DNA of 64,000 nt from positions 3,104,001 through 3,168,000 of the forward strand of contig OZ253555.1 of NCBI GenBank assembly GCA_965262725.1. Reading direction: 5' to 3'. This stretch comes from Dehalococcoidia bacterium. Its GTDB lineage: Bacteria; Chloroflexota; Dehalococcoidia; UBA2979. Each line of letters opens with the position of its first letter. Position 1 is the first letter of the stretch. The notes beneath the pieces were generated by a model. The model ran no database searches. It was given only the letters and a program-made list of their open reading frames with translations, and was not told the DNA's origin. Below, piece by piece: positions 19,782 to 28,875 of the stretch. The position numbers and the translations under genes are program-made.

Positions 19782-20035
19782 TCCCGGTCCCCGGGGGTGG
19801 GGCCAGATCAGAGGATCAAAGTGGGGCCAGATGTAAGCATCATTCCCACGCGCATCGTGCACCTGCGGGAGGGAGGCGAGGGGCTGGAGTTCCTCGGCTT
19901 CGAGCATCGCTGGGTACGTGCGAAGCGCAACAAGAATATCCAGTTCCTCGCACGCTGGCCCTCACGGCGAGCGATGCAGCGGGCGCGGGACCGCATCCGT
20001 GAAATCACGGCGCGGTTGCGTCTGCTGCTGAGTCC

Positions 20036-21453
20036 GGTCACGTCCCGGCAAGTGGTGTCACTGCGCATCATCCTTATCATTTGTTAGCCGGCAGCCTGCA
20101 GCAGCACCTCCTTGCCTGACGTGAGCTCACTCCCCGGCGGGGAGAGCAGCGTCATCATCGTCATGTAGCGCCGCCCCACGGCCCACTCGTCGTGCTGCTC
20201 GGAGAGCACCGCACCGATGAGCCGGATGACCGCTGAGCGGTTGGGGAAGATGCCGACCACGTTGGTGCGCCGGCGGATCTCCTTGTTGAGCCGCTCCTGG
20301 GGGTTGTTCGACCAGATCTGCCGCCAGTGCGCCACCGGGAAGGCCGTGAACGCCAGGATCTCCTCCGCGGCGTCGGCGAGCATTGCCGCGGCCTGCGGGA
20401 AGCGCGCACCGAGCTGCTCCACGACCCGCGTGTGCTGGGCGTGCACCTCGGAGGCCGAGGGCTGCTGGTAGATGGTGCGCACGGTCGTCGCCACCAGCGC
20501 CTCGGCGCTCTTCGGCACGCGTGTGAGCAGGTTCCGCATGAAGTGGGTACGGCAGCGCTGCCAGGAGGCGCCGCCGAAGACGGTCGCGATCGCTCCCCTC
20601 AGGCCCTGGTGGGCGTCGGAGGTCACCAGCTCCACGCCGGAGAGCCCTCGTGCTACGAGGCCGCGGAGAAATGCCAGCCAGAAGGCCCCGTCCTCGCTGG
20701 TACCGACGTCGATGCCCAGCACCTCGCGCTTCCCCTCCACGTTGACCGCGGTGGCGACGACGACGCTCACCTGGGCGATGCGGCCCTCCTCGCGCACCCG
20801 CTGGGTGAGCGCGTCGAGCCAGAGGTATCGGTAGGGGCCGGAGTCCAGGGGCCGGCCGAGGAAACTTGTGACGACCGTGTCGAGCTCCGAGCAGATACGC
20901 GAGACCTGGCTCTTGGAGATGCCCTCGCAGCCGAGCGAGCGCACGAGGTCGTCGACGCGGCGAGTGGAGACGCCCTCCACGTACGCTTGCTGGACGACGG
21001 CTAGCAAGGCGCGCTCTGAGCGGCGCCGGGGCTCGAGCAGCGCCGGGAAGTAGGACCCCTGGCGGAGCTTCGGGATCTGCAGGTCGATGCTGCCCACCCG
21101 CGTGTCCCAGCGTCTTTGCCTGTAGCCGTTGCGCCGGGTGGTGCGCATCTCGCTGCGCTCGCCGTAGCCGGCGCCGACCTGCGCCGAGACCTCCTGGTCC
21201 ATGACCGCCTCGGCGAGCACAGCCACCGCTTCGCGCAGGAAATCGAGGTCAGCTCCCGATGCCTGCTTGCGGAGCAGTTCCAACACGTCCACGCTCTCTC
21301 TGACCACCGTCGTCCTCCTCCACGTTCGTCATAACTTCGTGAAGGATGATGCGGTGGTCTCTTACGTCCACCTGCATGGGCACCGTGGTCGGTAGTAGGT
21401 CCCCCTGCGGAGACCGTCTCCCCGCCTGTGACACCACTTGCTGGGACGCTACT
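20036..21453 (-). mobile_element. IS256-family element (1418 bp)
   Basis: 26-bp IR (22/26) ggtcacgtcccggcaagtggtgtcac; 8-bp TSD CTGAGTCC (20028-20035 and 21454-21461). Confidence 0.95.
20084..21307 (-). CDS. IS256-family transposase
   Basis: RNGYR, IPKLRQGSYFP, GVSTRRV, WLDA, SDAHQGL, WQRCRTHF, NPQERLNKEIRRR. Confidence 0.95.
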   Translation of the reverse strand: MVRESVDVLELLRKQASGADLDFLREAVAVLAEAVMDQEVSAQVGAGYGERSEMRTTRRNGYRQRRWDTRVGSIDLQIPKLRQGSYFPALLEPRRRSERALLAVVQQAYVEGVSTRRVDDLVRSLGCEGISKSQVSRICSELDTVVTSFLGRPLDSGPYRYLWLDALTQRVREEGRIAQVSVVVATAVNVEGKREVLGIDVGTSEDGAFWLAFLRGLVARGLSGVELVTSDAHQGLRGAIATVFGGASWQRCRTHFMRNLLTRVPKSAEALVATTVRTIYQQPSASEVHAQHTRVVEQLGARFPQAAAMLADAAEEILAFTAFPVAHWRQIWSNNPQERLNKEIRRRTNVVGIFPNRSAVIRLIGAVLSEQHDEWAVGRRYMTMMTLLSPPGSELTSGKEVLLQAAG

Positions 21454-22040
21454 CTGAGTCCCCGGCAGGTCGTGGAGGAAGTCAATCGCTACCTCCGCGG
21501 CTGGATGAGCTACTTCCGCTACGGCAACTCGGCGAGGGCGTTCGACGTCCTGCACTGGTTTGCCATGTGGAGACTCAAACTCTGGCTGGGGAAGCGGTTG
21601 CGTTGGCGGCGACGCCATCGCGGGCACCCGTTTCCCGTCGCCGACCGTCTGGGGCTCATCTCGCTAGCTGGACAGCGCGTCGTGGCACCACGGCCATATC
21701 GACCGTGGCGGGGCACCCCGCATGCCGCCCGGTGAAGGGCATCGGTGAGCCGGATGAGGGAAAACCTCACGTCCGGTTCGAGGCGGCAGGGGCTGGAGAC
21801 GGACGATGCTACGGCTGTGGAGATGGGCGCCACCGGGAAACCGGCCTGGCAATATGCGCCACCGCCTACGGCTCGCACCGCGCCAGCCCCTGACCCTACT
21901 CAAGGATCTGGTCCGCGGACTTGTGCCAGATGAAGCGCCTCCGGTGCTCGTTTCCAGTTGCGACCCAAGCCTCCACTGAGCGGACCAGGCCTGCGAGGCT
22001 CGGTGCGATTGTTTTCAGCATTTGCAACTCGGGACACTAG

Positions 22041-23957
22041 GACGCTGGTTGCAAATTCGAGTCTCGGTGGCCGCAGTCGGTGTGAGAGGGAAGTGTAGCG
22101 TCGGGTGGGCGCGGGTCGGGAGTTGCGCCGCTGGGGAGTGAGCGGGGCCGGCATCGACCCGGGATCGGGACCCCCGGACGCAGGCTCTCCCGCAGTGGCC
22201 CCCGCCTCCGTCTCCCCTACGAGGGCGCTGTGACCGCCCACCGGGTTGGTGTGTGATGCAGGCCCAGGACCGCCAACCGCGCCAGGTTGACTGAGGCGGC
22301 GAGCAGGTTGTGGTCGGCGTCGACCTTGAGACGGCCCCGGACACGGGCGACGCGGCCCCCGTGTCTGCGACGGGTCGTATGCGCCACCTTGCGTTCGACT
22401 ATCGAGCGGACCGTGCGGTAGCCGGAGAGCCACCCGGGAGCCTCCTGGCGTGCCCGGGCGGCCGCGAGGCTGGCCTCGCGTGGATCCCGACCTCGACGGT
22501 GCGGCCCGCAGGCGATGTGGTGCACTGGGCGCGAAGCGGACAGGGGCTGCAGGCGCCGCGGAAGTAGGCGGTCCCCGGGCCGTCGGAGGCGCGGCGAATC
22601 GGCACGGTCACCTCCGCGGGACAGGTGACGCTCCCCCTCTCCAGGTCGACGGTGAATCGCTCCTTGCTGAAACGGTGATGCGGTGCGGTCGCTCTCTGAG
22701 TGCGGCAGCGGGACTCGACCCCGTGCTCCTCCAGCAGCGACTGGAACGCGCCCGAGCCGTAGGCCGAATCGCCGTAGACGGTCGCCGTCCCGGTGCTCGC
22801 CTCCGCAGCCGGGTCGTCGGCATCGTCGTGTTCGCCTGCGTCCTCCAGCAGGTCCGTGATCAACTCCTCCGCGACATCGCCGTCCGCCACGTTGCCTGCG
22901 GTCACCGTCGTGTGGGTGATGAGCTCCGACTCCGGGTCGATCGCCAGGTGCCCCTTGTAGCCATCGAAGCCGTGCGCAGAGCTCTTGCGCCCGTGGCGGG
23001 CGTCGGGGTCCACGGTCGAGATGATGCGGTCCCTCGCCACCCGCCGCGCAATCACGAAGCGGCCGCCTTCGTCCTGCTCGAGGTCCTGCCCCACCACGGC
23101 CGCACACAGCTCGCCTGCCCGCGCAACGCGCTCGTCGAGCTCCCGTCCCTCCAGCACCCGGAGGCAGCTGGAGACATCGGTCGCCAGTTCGTCGATGAGC
23201 GCCCGCGCAGCCTCGCGGTCCTCCCAGTCACACGGAGGCTTGCCGGGAGCTCGATAGTCGTCATCGCGCCTCAGCACCGCCCGCAGCTCGGCCTCGAGCC
23301 CGGACTCACCGAGGCGCTCCGCCTCCCGCAGCAGCCCGCGGACCGACGACCGGAGCAATGTCACCGTGTCCTGCGTCGCGACCGCGTCGTAGAGCGGCGT
23401 CGAGTCCAGCACTCGCTGCGCAGAGAGCAGCTTCGCCTCGCGCGCCACCACAAGCGTGGCCTCGAAGATGCGCCGGGGGCGCTCGGAGCGGGCGAGGCGC
23501 GCCCGCATCGAGACCAGCACCGTGTGCACGAAGCCCGGCGCGTCGTAGTCGAGTCCGCCGCAGGCGAACTTCCAGCGGGCGTCCCACTCGAAGGCAGCCA
23601 CCGCCTCGCGGTCGGACAGGCCGTGGAGACGCTGCAGCACCATGACCGTGGCGACCACCCGTGGCGGAACGCTCCCGCGGCCGCGAGCGGAGAAGAGGTC
23701 GGCGAACATCTCGTCGGGGAAGAGGCGTTCGCCGTGGCGGGCAAGGAGGGTCCAGATGGAGTTCCCGGGGAGCCTCTCAGCGACGTAGGCGGTGCTCTTG
23801 AAGAAGGTAAGGGGCTGCCTGGAGGTCTCTCCCTGTGTCATGAGCGAGACTTTCACTGCGAACAGAACTGATCACCAACATGATCGCATTCCGTGACTGC
23901 TCGCAACGATGCCCCGCCTCCAGAAGGCACCCACCGCCCCACAAAAACACCAGGCTC
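22041..23957 (-). mobile_element. IS1182/IS5-like element
   Basis: Short imperfect IRs (g)gacgctggt / (g)gagcctggt, flanked by CTAG at 22037-22040 and 23958-23961; transposase inside. Exact ends depend on whether the TSD is TA or CTAG. Confidence 0.65.
22217..23841 (-). pseudogene. IS1182-like transposase with a frameshift near 22485
   Basis: GRGSVPP, LSDREAV, LDST, ISTVDPDARHG.KS..FDGYKGH, YGDSAY and C..CPLR..CT in one frame; C-terminal YR..RSIVERK..RVRG...NL.RL in another frame. Confidence 0.8.
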
Positions 23958-25337
23958 CTAGGCCCGCCCGGCCGCTCCGCCGGGCCGCGGCAGGTAGCGG
24001 CCGTGGCCGGGGCCGGCGGGGAACGCGCCCTCATCGTAGACGGTGATTCCCCTCACCAGGGTGCGCACCGCGGCCCCCGTGAGGAGGCGCCCTTCGAAGG
24101 CCGACCATCCCGCCTTCGTCCGCACCTCCCCCCGGCGCATCAGGCGCTCGCGCGCCGGGTCGACGAGCACGATGTCGGCGTCTGAACCCGGCTGAAGCAC
24201 GCCCTTGCGGGGGTAGAGGTCGTAGGCGCGGGCCGGCCCCTCGCACATCAGTGCCACCACCGTCGGCATGTCGACGAGGCCCTGCGCCACGCCGGTCAGC
24301 ATCGCGGGGAGCGTCGTCTCTAGCCCTGGGAGCCCGAACGGGCATTCCCAGATGTCGCTCTCGCCGGCGAGCTTCTCCTCGATGGTGGTCGGCGCGTGAT
24401 CGGCAGAGATGAGGTCGACCTCACGGTCGGCGACCCTCCGCCAGAGACCCAGGCGCGCCTCCTCGGAGCGCGCGGGCGGCGTGCACTGTGCCCAAGGGCC
24501 GCGCGCGCGCACGTCGGCGTCGGTGAGCCAGAGGTAGTGCGGGCAACTTTCGATGCGGAGCCTCGCGCCCCGTCCGCGCGCCGCGCGCAGGCGGTCGACG
24601 ACGGCCGGGTGCGAGGCGTGCGCAACCACCGCCCGGGCGCCCGAGGCGCGGAGAGCCTCGCCCATCGCATCGGCGGCGGAGAGCTCCGCCTCGAGCGTGC
24701 GCCAGGCGAGCAGCGCCTCGCCCCCGCCCGCCCCGGCCCGGCGCAGCTCGCGCCCGGAGGCGGCCGTCATCTCCTCGTCCTCGCAGTGCGTGAGCACAAG
24801 GCCGTCGAAGGAGGCGACCGCGGCGAGCGCTCGTGCGAGCACGTCGCCCGTCACCGCCGGGGCGCCGTGGAGCGCGCAGGTGAAGAGCTTGAAGGCGTAG
24901 GCGCCGGCCTCCCAGAGCGCGGCGAGGCGGTCGATGTTGCCGGGGTGCACCGCCCCGATCAGCCCGACGTCGACGTGGAGGCGGCCGGAGAGATAGCGCG
25001 ACTTTCTGGCGAGCGCCTCCGCGTCGAGCACCGGGGCCGAGTGGTGGTGCTCGAGCAGGAAGGTCGTCCCGTTGCTGGCGGCCGCCGCGGTGCCGCTCGC
25101 GAAGTCCTCGCGGTCGGAGCGGACCGGGTCGGGGATGTGTACGTGGCCGTCGACGACGCCCGGCATCACCCAGAGGCCGCCTGCATCGATGCTCTGCGCC
25201 GCCTCCCGAGTCGGCCCCCCCACGGCGATCACGCGGCCCCCGGCGATGTAGAGATCGGCCTCGGCCGCACCCCCGGGCGACCACACCGTGCCGCCACGGA
25301 TCGCGAGCTCGGCCCGGCCACCGTGCACTGCCGCCAT
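23958..25337 (-). CDS. Dihydroorotase/allantoinase-family cyclic amidohydrolase
   Basis: PGVVDGHVH, AFKLF, HCED, ESCPHYL, PPAR, ADHAP, GSDADIVL. Confidence 0.9.
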   Translation of the reverse strand: MAAVHGGRAELAIRGGTVWSPGGAAEADLYIAGGRVIAVGGPTREAAQSIDAGGLWVMPGVVDGHVHIPDPVRSDREDFASGTAAAASNGTTFLLEHHHSAPVLDAEALARKSRYLSGRLHVDVGLIGAVHPGNIDRLAALWEAGAYAFKLFTCALHGAPAVTGDVLARALAAVASFDGLVLTHCEDEEMTAASGRELRRAGAGGGEALLAWRTLEAELSAADAMGEALRASGARAVVAHASHPAVVDRLRAARGRGARLRIESCPHYLWLTDADVRARGPWAQCTPPARSEEARLGLWRRVADREVDLISADHAPTTIEEKLAGESDIWECPFGLPGLETTLPAMLTGVAQGLVDMPTVVALMCEGPARAYDLYPRKGVLQPGSDADIVLVDPARERLMRRGEVRTKAGWSAFEGRLLTGAAVRTLVRGITVYDEGAFPAGPGHGRYLPRPGGAAGRA

Positions 25338-25459
25338 CCAGGCCTCCCGCGCCGCGCCGGGCGCAGCGTAGCCGCGCGCCCCGCGCCGGGCGAGCGCGCG
25401 GCGAGGTGGGGTACCCTCGGTGGCGCGCCGTTGGGCCGGAGCCGGAGGGATGGGCGGGC

Positions 25460-26269
25460 GTGGACCTCGGCATAGCGGGGAGGGTGGCGATCGTCAGCGG
25501 CGGGAGCCGCGGCATCGGCTACGCAGCGGCCGAGGTGCTCGCAGAGGAGGGCTGCCACGTCGCCATCTGCGCGCTCGACCCCGGACGGCTCGACGCCGCC
25601 CGTCAGCGGCTCGCCGGGCGCGCGGCGCCGGGCGCCACCATTCACGCGGCGCGCTGCGACCTGCGCGATCCCGCCGCGATCGAGGACTTCGTCGCGGGGG
25701 TCGCCGAGCGCTTCGGCAGCGTCGACATCCTCGTCAACAACGCCAGCCCCACCGGCTCGCCCGCGATGTGGGGACCCATCCTCGACGAGGTCGACGACGA
25801 GGAGTGGCTCGACACGTGGCGGGCGAAGTTCATCGGCTACGTGCGCTTCTCGCGGGCGGTGCTGCCACACATGCGCCGGAGGCGCTGGGGGCGCATCGTC
25901 CATGTCTCCGGCATGGGTGGCCGCGGCCCCAACCGGCGCTATCTCGCCGGGGGGCCGGTCCACGCCGCGCTGCTCGCGCTCGCGAAAGGGATGGCCGACG
26001 AGTACGGACCCGACGGGGTCCTAGTGACGGCGCTCTCGCCAGGGCCCATCGACACGGGGCACCACGGGCTGATCCTCGACGCGCAGGCGCACGAGGCCGG
26101 CATCACCGCCTCGGAGGCGCGTGCTCGTTTCGTCTCGGGGGTGCCGCTGCGCCGTTACGGGACGCCGCGCGAGACCGGCGAGGCGATCGCCTATCTCTGC
26201 TCGGAGCGCGCGAGCTTCGTGACGGGGGTGGAGCTGCTCGTCGACGGCGGGCGCTCGCGGAGCTTCTAG
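25460..26269 (+). CDS. SDR family oxidoreductase
   Basis: SGGSRGIG, DILVNNA, PG.IDT, VDGG. Confidence 0.88.
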   Translation: MDLGIAGRVAIVSGGSRGIGYAAAEVLAEEGCHVAICALDPGRLDAARQRLAGRAAPGATIHAARCDLRDPAAIEDFVAGVAERFGSVDILVNNASPTGSPAMWGPILDEVDDEEWLDTWRAKFIGYVRFSRAVLPHMRRRRWGRIVHVSGMGGRGPNRRYLAGGPVHAALLALAKGMADEYGPDGVLVTALSPGPIDTGHHGLILDAQAHEAGITASEARARFVSGVPLRRYGTPRETGEAIAYLCSERASFVTGVELLVDGGRSRSF

Positions 26270-26280
26270 CGGGAGGCGGG

Positions 26281-27018
26281 ATGCTCGACCTTGGGCTCAC
26301 GGGACGACGCGCCCTCGTCAACGGCGGCGCGTCGGGGCTCGGCCTCGTCGCCGCGCGCGCGCTCGCCGCTCAGGGGGTCGAGGTCGCCCTCTTCGATCGG
26401 GACGAGGGAGCCCTTCGCCGCGCCGCCCGCGAGATGGGCGCGCTCGCCCTCACCGGCGATCCGGGGAGTCGCGAGCAGATCGAGGAGGCGGTGCGTGAGG
26501 CCGAGCGCGCCATGGGCGGCGTCGACATCCTCATGAACGCCGCGCCGGTCGTGACCGAGCCGGCCCCGCTCCACGAGGTGGACGACGCCGACTGGGAGCG
26601 GGCCGCGCGCGATCACGTGCTCTGCTACCTGCGCTTCATGCGTGCCGTGACGCCGGGGATGAGGGAACGCGGACACGGCCGCGTTCTCAACCTCACCGGC
26701 GTGGCCGGACGCAACCCGGATCCGCGGCGCCTCCCGGAGAGCACGGCCGCGATCGCGCTCCTGAACCTGACCAAGGCGATCGCCGACGAGTTCGCCCCGT
26801 TCGGCGTCACCGTCAACGCCCTCTCCCCCGGGGACTTCGAGACGCCGGGGGAGAGGCGCAGCGTGGGGCTCGTGCCGCCCGCCGCCGCGATCCCCGTGGG
26901 TCGCCCCGGGGTGCCCGGGGAGTTCTCAGACCTCGTGCTCTTCCTCTGCTCGGAGCGGTCCGGCTACGTGACCGGTACCAGCATCACCATCGACGGCGGC
27001 CAAAGCCGCGGTATCTGA
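26281..27018 (+). CDS. SDR family oxidoreductase
   Basis: NGGASGLG, DILMNAA, VTVNALSPG, IDGG. Confidence 0.88.
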   Translation: MLDLGLTGRRALVNGGASGLGLVAARALAAQGVEVALFDRDEGALRRAAREMGALALTGDPGSREQIEEAVREAERAMGGVDILMNAAPVVTEPAPLHEVDDADWERAARDHVLCYLRFMRAVTPGMRERGHGRVLNLTGVAGRNPDPRRLPESTAAIALLNLTKAIADEFAPFGVTVNALSPGDFETPGERRSVGLVPPAAAIPVGRPGVPGEFSDLVLFLCSERSGYVTGTSITIDGGQSRGI

Positions 27019-27055
27019 GGCAGCGGGGCGGCGCCGACGGGACGCGAGGGGATCG

Positions 27056-27274
27056 TCAGCGCGAGCCGTTGCGACGGCGACCGGTTATCCAGCCGAGCGG
27101 GAGGGCGAAACGCCTGCGGTGGCCGGGCTCTGCGCTCTCCTGGGAACTCCCGGCCGGGCGCTCGATGGGCTGGTGGCCGGCCGACTCCCCCGCCCGCAAC
27201 GCGACCGACGCGAGCAGCATGATCGCGCCGAGCAGCGCGAGCGAGAGGATCCAGGCGAGAGCGTCGTCGTACAT
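27056..27274 (-). CDS. Small single-pass membrane protein (hypothetical)
   Basis: MYDDALAWILSLALLGAIMLLASVAL hydrophobic helix; GC3-rich codons. Confidence 0.4.
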   Translation of the reverse strand: MYDDALAWILSLALLGAIMLLASVALRAGESAGHQPIERPAGSSQESAEPGHRRRFALPLGWITGRRRNGSR

Positions 27275-27392
27275 GTCCACCCGTCCGGCTCCGGCCACCC
27301 TCCGGCGAACCGAGCCGCATCCTACCGCCGAGTCGCCGTAGGGGCCCACCGCCGCGTCCGGCGGAGCGCCGGGCGCCTGCTACCGTGGCGGC

Positions 27393-27560
27393 ATGCCTTA
27401 CGGCGAGCGGGCGGAGCTGGCGGAGGCGAGAGGCGGACGGTGCGCCCATTGCCGGGCGCCTACCGAGCGCGCCTGCCTCGCCTGCGCGCAGCTCGTCTGC
27501 CCCGGCTGCGAGGAGCGGCACGACCGTGAATGGCCCCACCGAGCCTACGGGGAGATCTAG
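27393..27560 (+). CDS. 55-aa Cys-rich zinc-finger-like protein (absent from the ORF track)
   Basis: MPYGERAELAEARGGRCAHCRAPTERACLACAQLVCPGCEERHDREWPHRAYGEI*: three CxxC plus two further His. Confidence 0.6.
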   Translation: MPYGERAELAEARGGRCAHCRAPTERACLACAQLVCPGCEERHDREWPHRAYGEI

Positions 27561-27662
27561 GCCGATCAGTGGCTGGTCTAGTGTCCTGATTCGTAATAGC
27601 GACAGATAACGGGTATGGTGGCACAGCGGGGTTTTGCCCCATGGGGCAGACTCTGGAGTGTC

Positions 27663-28715
27663 ATGAGCACCCGAATCGGACGGCCGACGGTCGCGATCGT
27701 CCTGAGCGACGAGGAGCGTGAGACGCTGGAGCGGTGGGCGCGCCGGCCGACATCGGCCCAGGCGCTGGCGCTGCGCTGTCGCATCGTCCTGGCAGCGGCC
27801 GAGGGGACATCGAATAAAGCGATCGCCGCGGCGCTCGATTGCCATCCGGTCACCGTCGGCAAGTGGCGCCGGCGCTTTGCGCAGGGGCGGCTCGATGGGC
27901 TACAGGATGAGCCGCGCCCCGGGGCGCCGCGCACGATCGCCGATGCACAGGTGGAAGCGGTGATCGTCACGACGCTGGAGGAGCAGCCTCCCAACGCGAC
28001 GCACTGGTCGACCCGATCGATGGCAGCCGCGGTCGGGATGTCGCAGTCGGCGATCTTCAGGATCTGGCGCGCCTTCGGCCTGAAGCCGCACCTCGTGGAG
28101 AGCTTCAAGCTGTCGCCCGACCCGCAGTTCATCGACAAGGTGCGCGACGTGGCCGGGCTCTATCTCAACCCGCCCGACGCGGCGGTTGTGCTGTGCGTGG
28201 ACGAGAAGACCCAGATCCAGGCACTCGACCGCACCGCGCCGACGGTGCCGATGATGCCCGGCGTCCCCGCCCGCCAGACGCACGACTACATCCGTCACGG
28301 CACGACGAACCTCTACGCGGCGCTCGATGTCGCCTCGGGATGCGTGATCACGGAGATGACCCCCCGGCACCGGGCTCGGGAGTTCCAGCAGTTCCTCGCC
28401 CTCATCGACCAAAGCGTTCCCCGTGAGCTGGCGGTGCATGTCGTGCTCGACAACGTCTCCACGCACCGCACGCCCGCCATCCAGCGCTGGCTCCAGCGCC
28501 ATCCCCGCTTCACCTTCCATTTCACGCCGACCTACAGCTCCTGGATGAACCTCGTGGAGCGCTGGTTTGCAGAGCTCACCAGCAAGTGGCTCCGGCGCGG
28601 CACGCACCATAGCGTCCCTGATCTGATCCGCTCAGTGGAGATGTGGGTCGCCAGCTGGAACGAGAATCCGAGGCCCTTCATCTGGCACAAGTCCGCGGAC
28701 CAGATCCTTGAGTAG
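27663..28715 (+). CDS. IS630 transposase, C-terminally truncated by the antisense intron (native tail DNLAGYLERIPESGH* at 31647-31692)
   Basis: HTH region, THWSTR, CVDEKTQIQA, DYIRHGT, VLDNVSTH, PTYSSWMNLVERWF: DDE triad intact. Confidence 0.92.
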   Translation: MSTRIGRPTVAIVLSDEERETLERWARRPTSAQALALRCRIVLAAAEGTSNKAIAAALDCHPVTVGKWRRRFAQGRLDGLQDEPRPGAPRTIADAQVEAVIVTTLEEQPPNATHWSTRSMAAAVGMSQSAIFRIWRAFGLKPHLVESFKLSPDPQFIDKVRDVAGLYLNPPDAAVVLCVDEKTQIQALDRTAPTVPMMPGVPARQTHDYIRHGTTNLYAALDVASGCVITEMTPRHRAREFQQFLALIDQSVPRELAVHVVLDNVSTHRTPAIQRWLQRHPRFTFHFTPTYSSWMNLVERWFAELTSKWLRRGTHHSVPDLIRSVEMWVASWNENPRPFIWHKSADQILE

Positions 28716-28875
28716 GGTCAGGGGCTGGCGCGGTGCGAGCCGTAGGCGGTGGCGCATATTGCCAGGCCGGTTTCCCGGTGGCGCCCATCTCCACAGCCGT
28801 AGCATCGTCCGTCTCCAGCCCCTGCCGCCTCGAACCGGACGTGAGGTTTTCCCTCATCCGGCTCACCGATGCCCT

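Larger units (their letters stand above)
17222..19848 (+). mobile_element. IS21-family element (2627 bp)
   Basis: TG...CA ends, 13-bp perfect IR tgggaatgatgct, repeated subterminal tggccccac motifs, 7-bp TSD CGCGCAT (17215-17221 and 19849-19855). Confidence 0.95.
15476..21735 (+). pseudogene. ltrA: Group II intron RT/maturase, copy 1, in four pieces (15476-16019, 16882-17221, 19856-20035, 21462-21735)
   Basis: Pieces sum to 1338 nt and match copy 2: GAAGIDG, RPLSIP..RDR, SFGFRP, PQGG..SPLL, RYADD, FLGF, RGWMSYF. Inactivated by IS21 and IS256. Confidence 0.92.
14904..21899 (+). mobile_element. Group II intron (outer, RT-encoding), copy 1, interrupted by the inner intron, IS21 and IS256
   Basis: 5' GTGTG, DV gagccggatgagggaaaacctcacgtccggttc (~21747-21780), DVI with bulged A, 3' AC; 2074 nt after subtracting insertions and TSDs. 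Confidence 0.93.
14861..22037 (-). mobile_element. Internally deleted (MITE-like, ~180 bp of own sequence) IS630-family element hosting twintron copy 1
   Basis: Ends TA|gtgtcctgaattggaaatgc and gcatttgcaactcgggacac|TA (17/20 IR). Removing 14904-21899 restores the minus-strand IS630 C-terminus FIWHKSADQILDNLTGYLNRISNSGH*. Confidence 0.85.

Noticed and set aside
15476-21735. RT as part of a retron, DGR or CRISPR-RT system
   Set aside because: It is enclosed by a complete group II ribozyme (GUGYG, DV, DVI, AC), with no TR/VR pair, msr-msd, cas genes or array.
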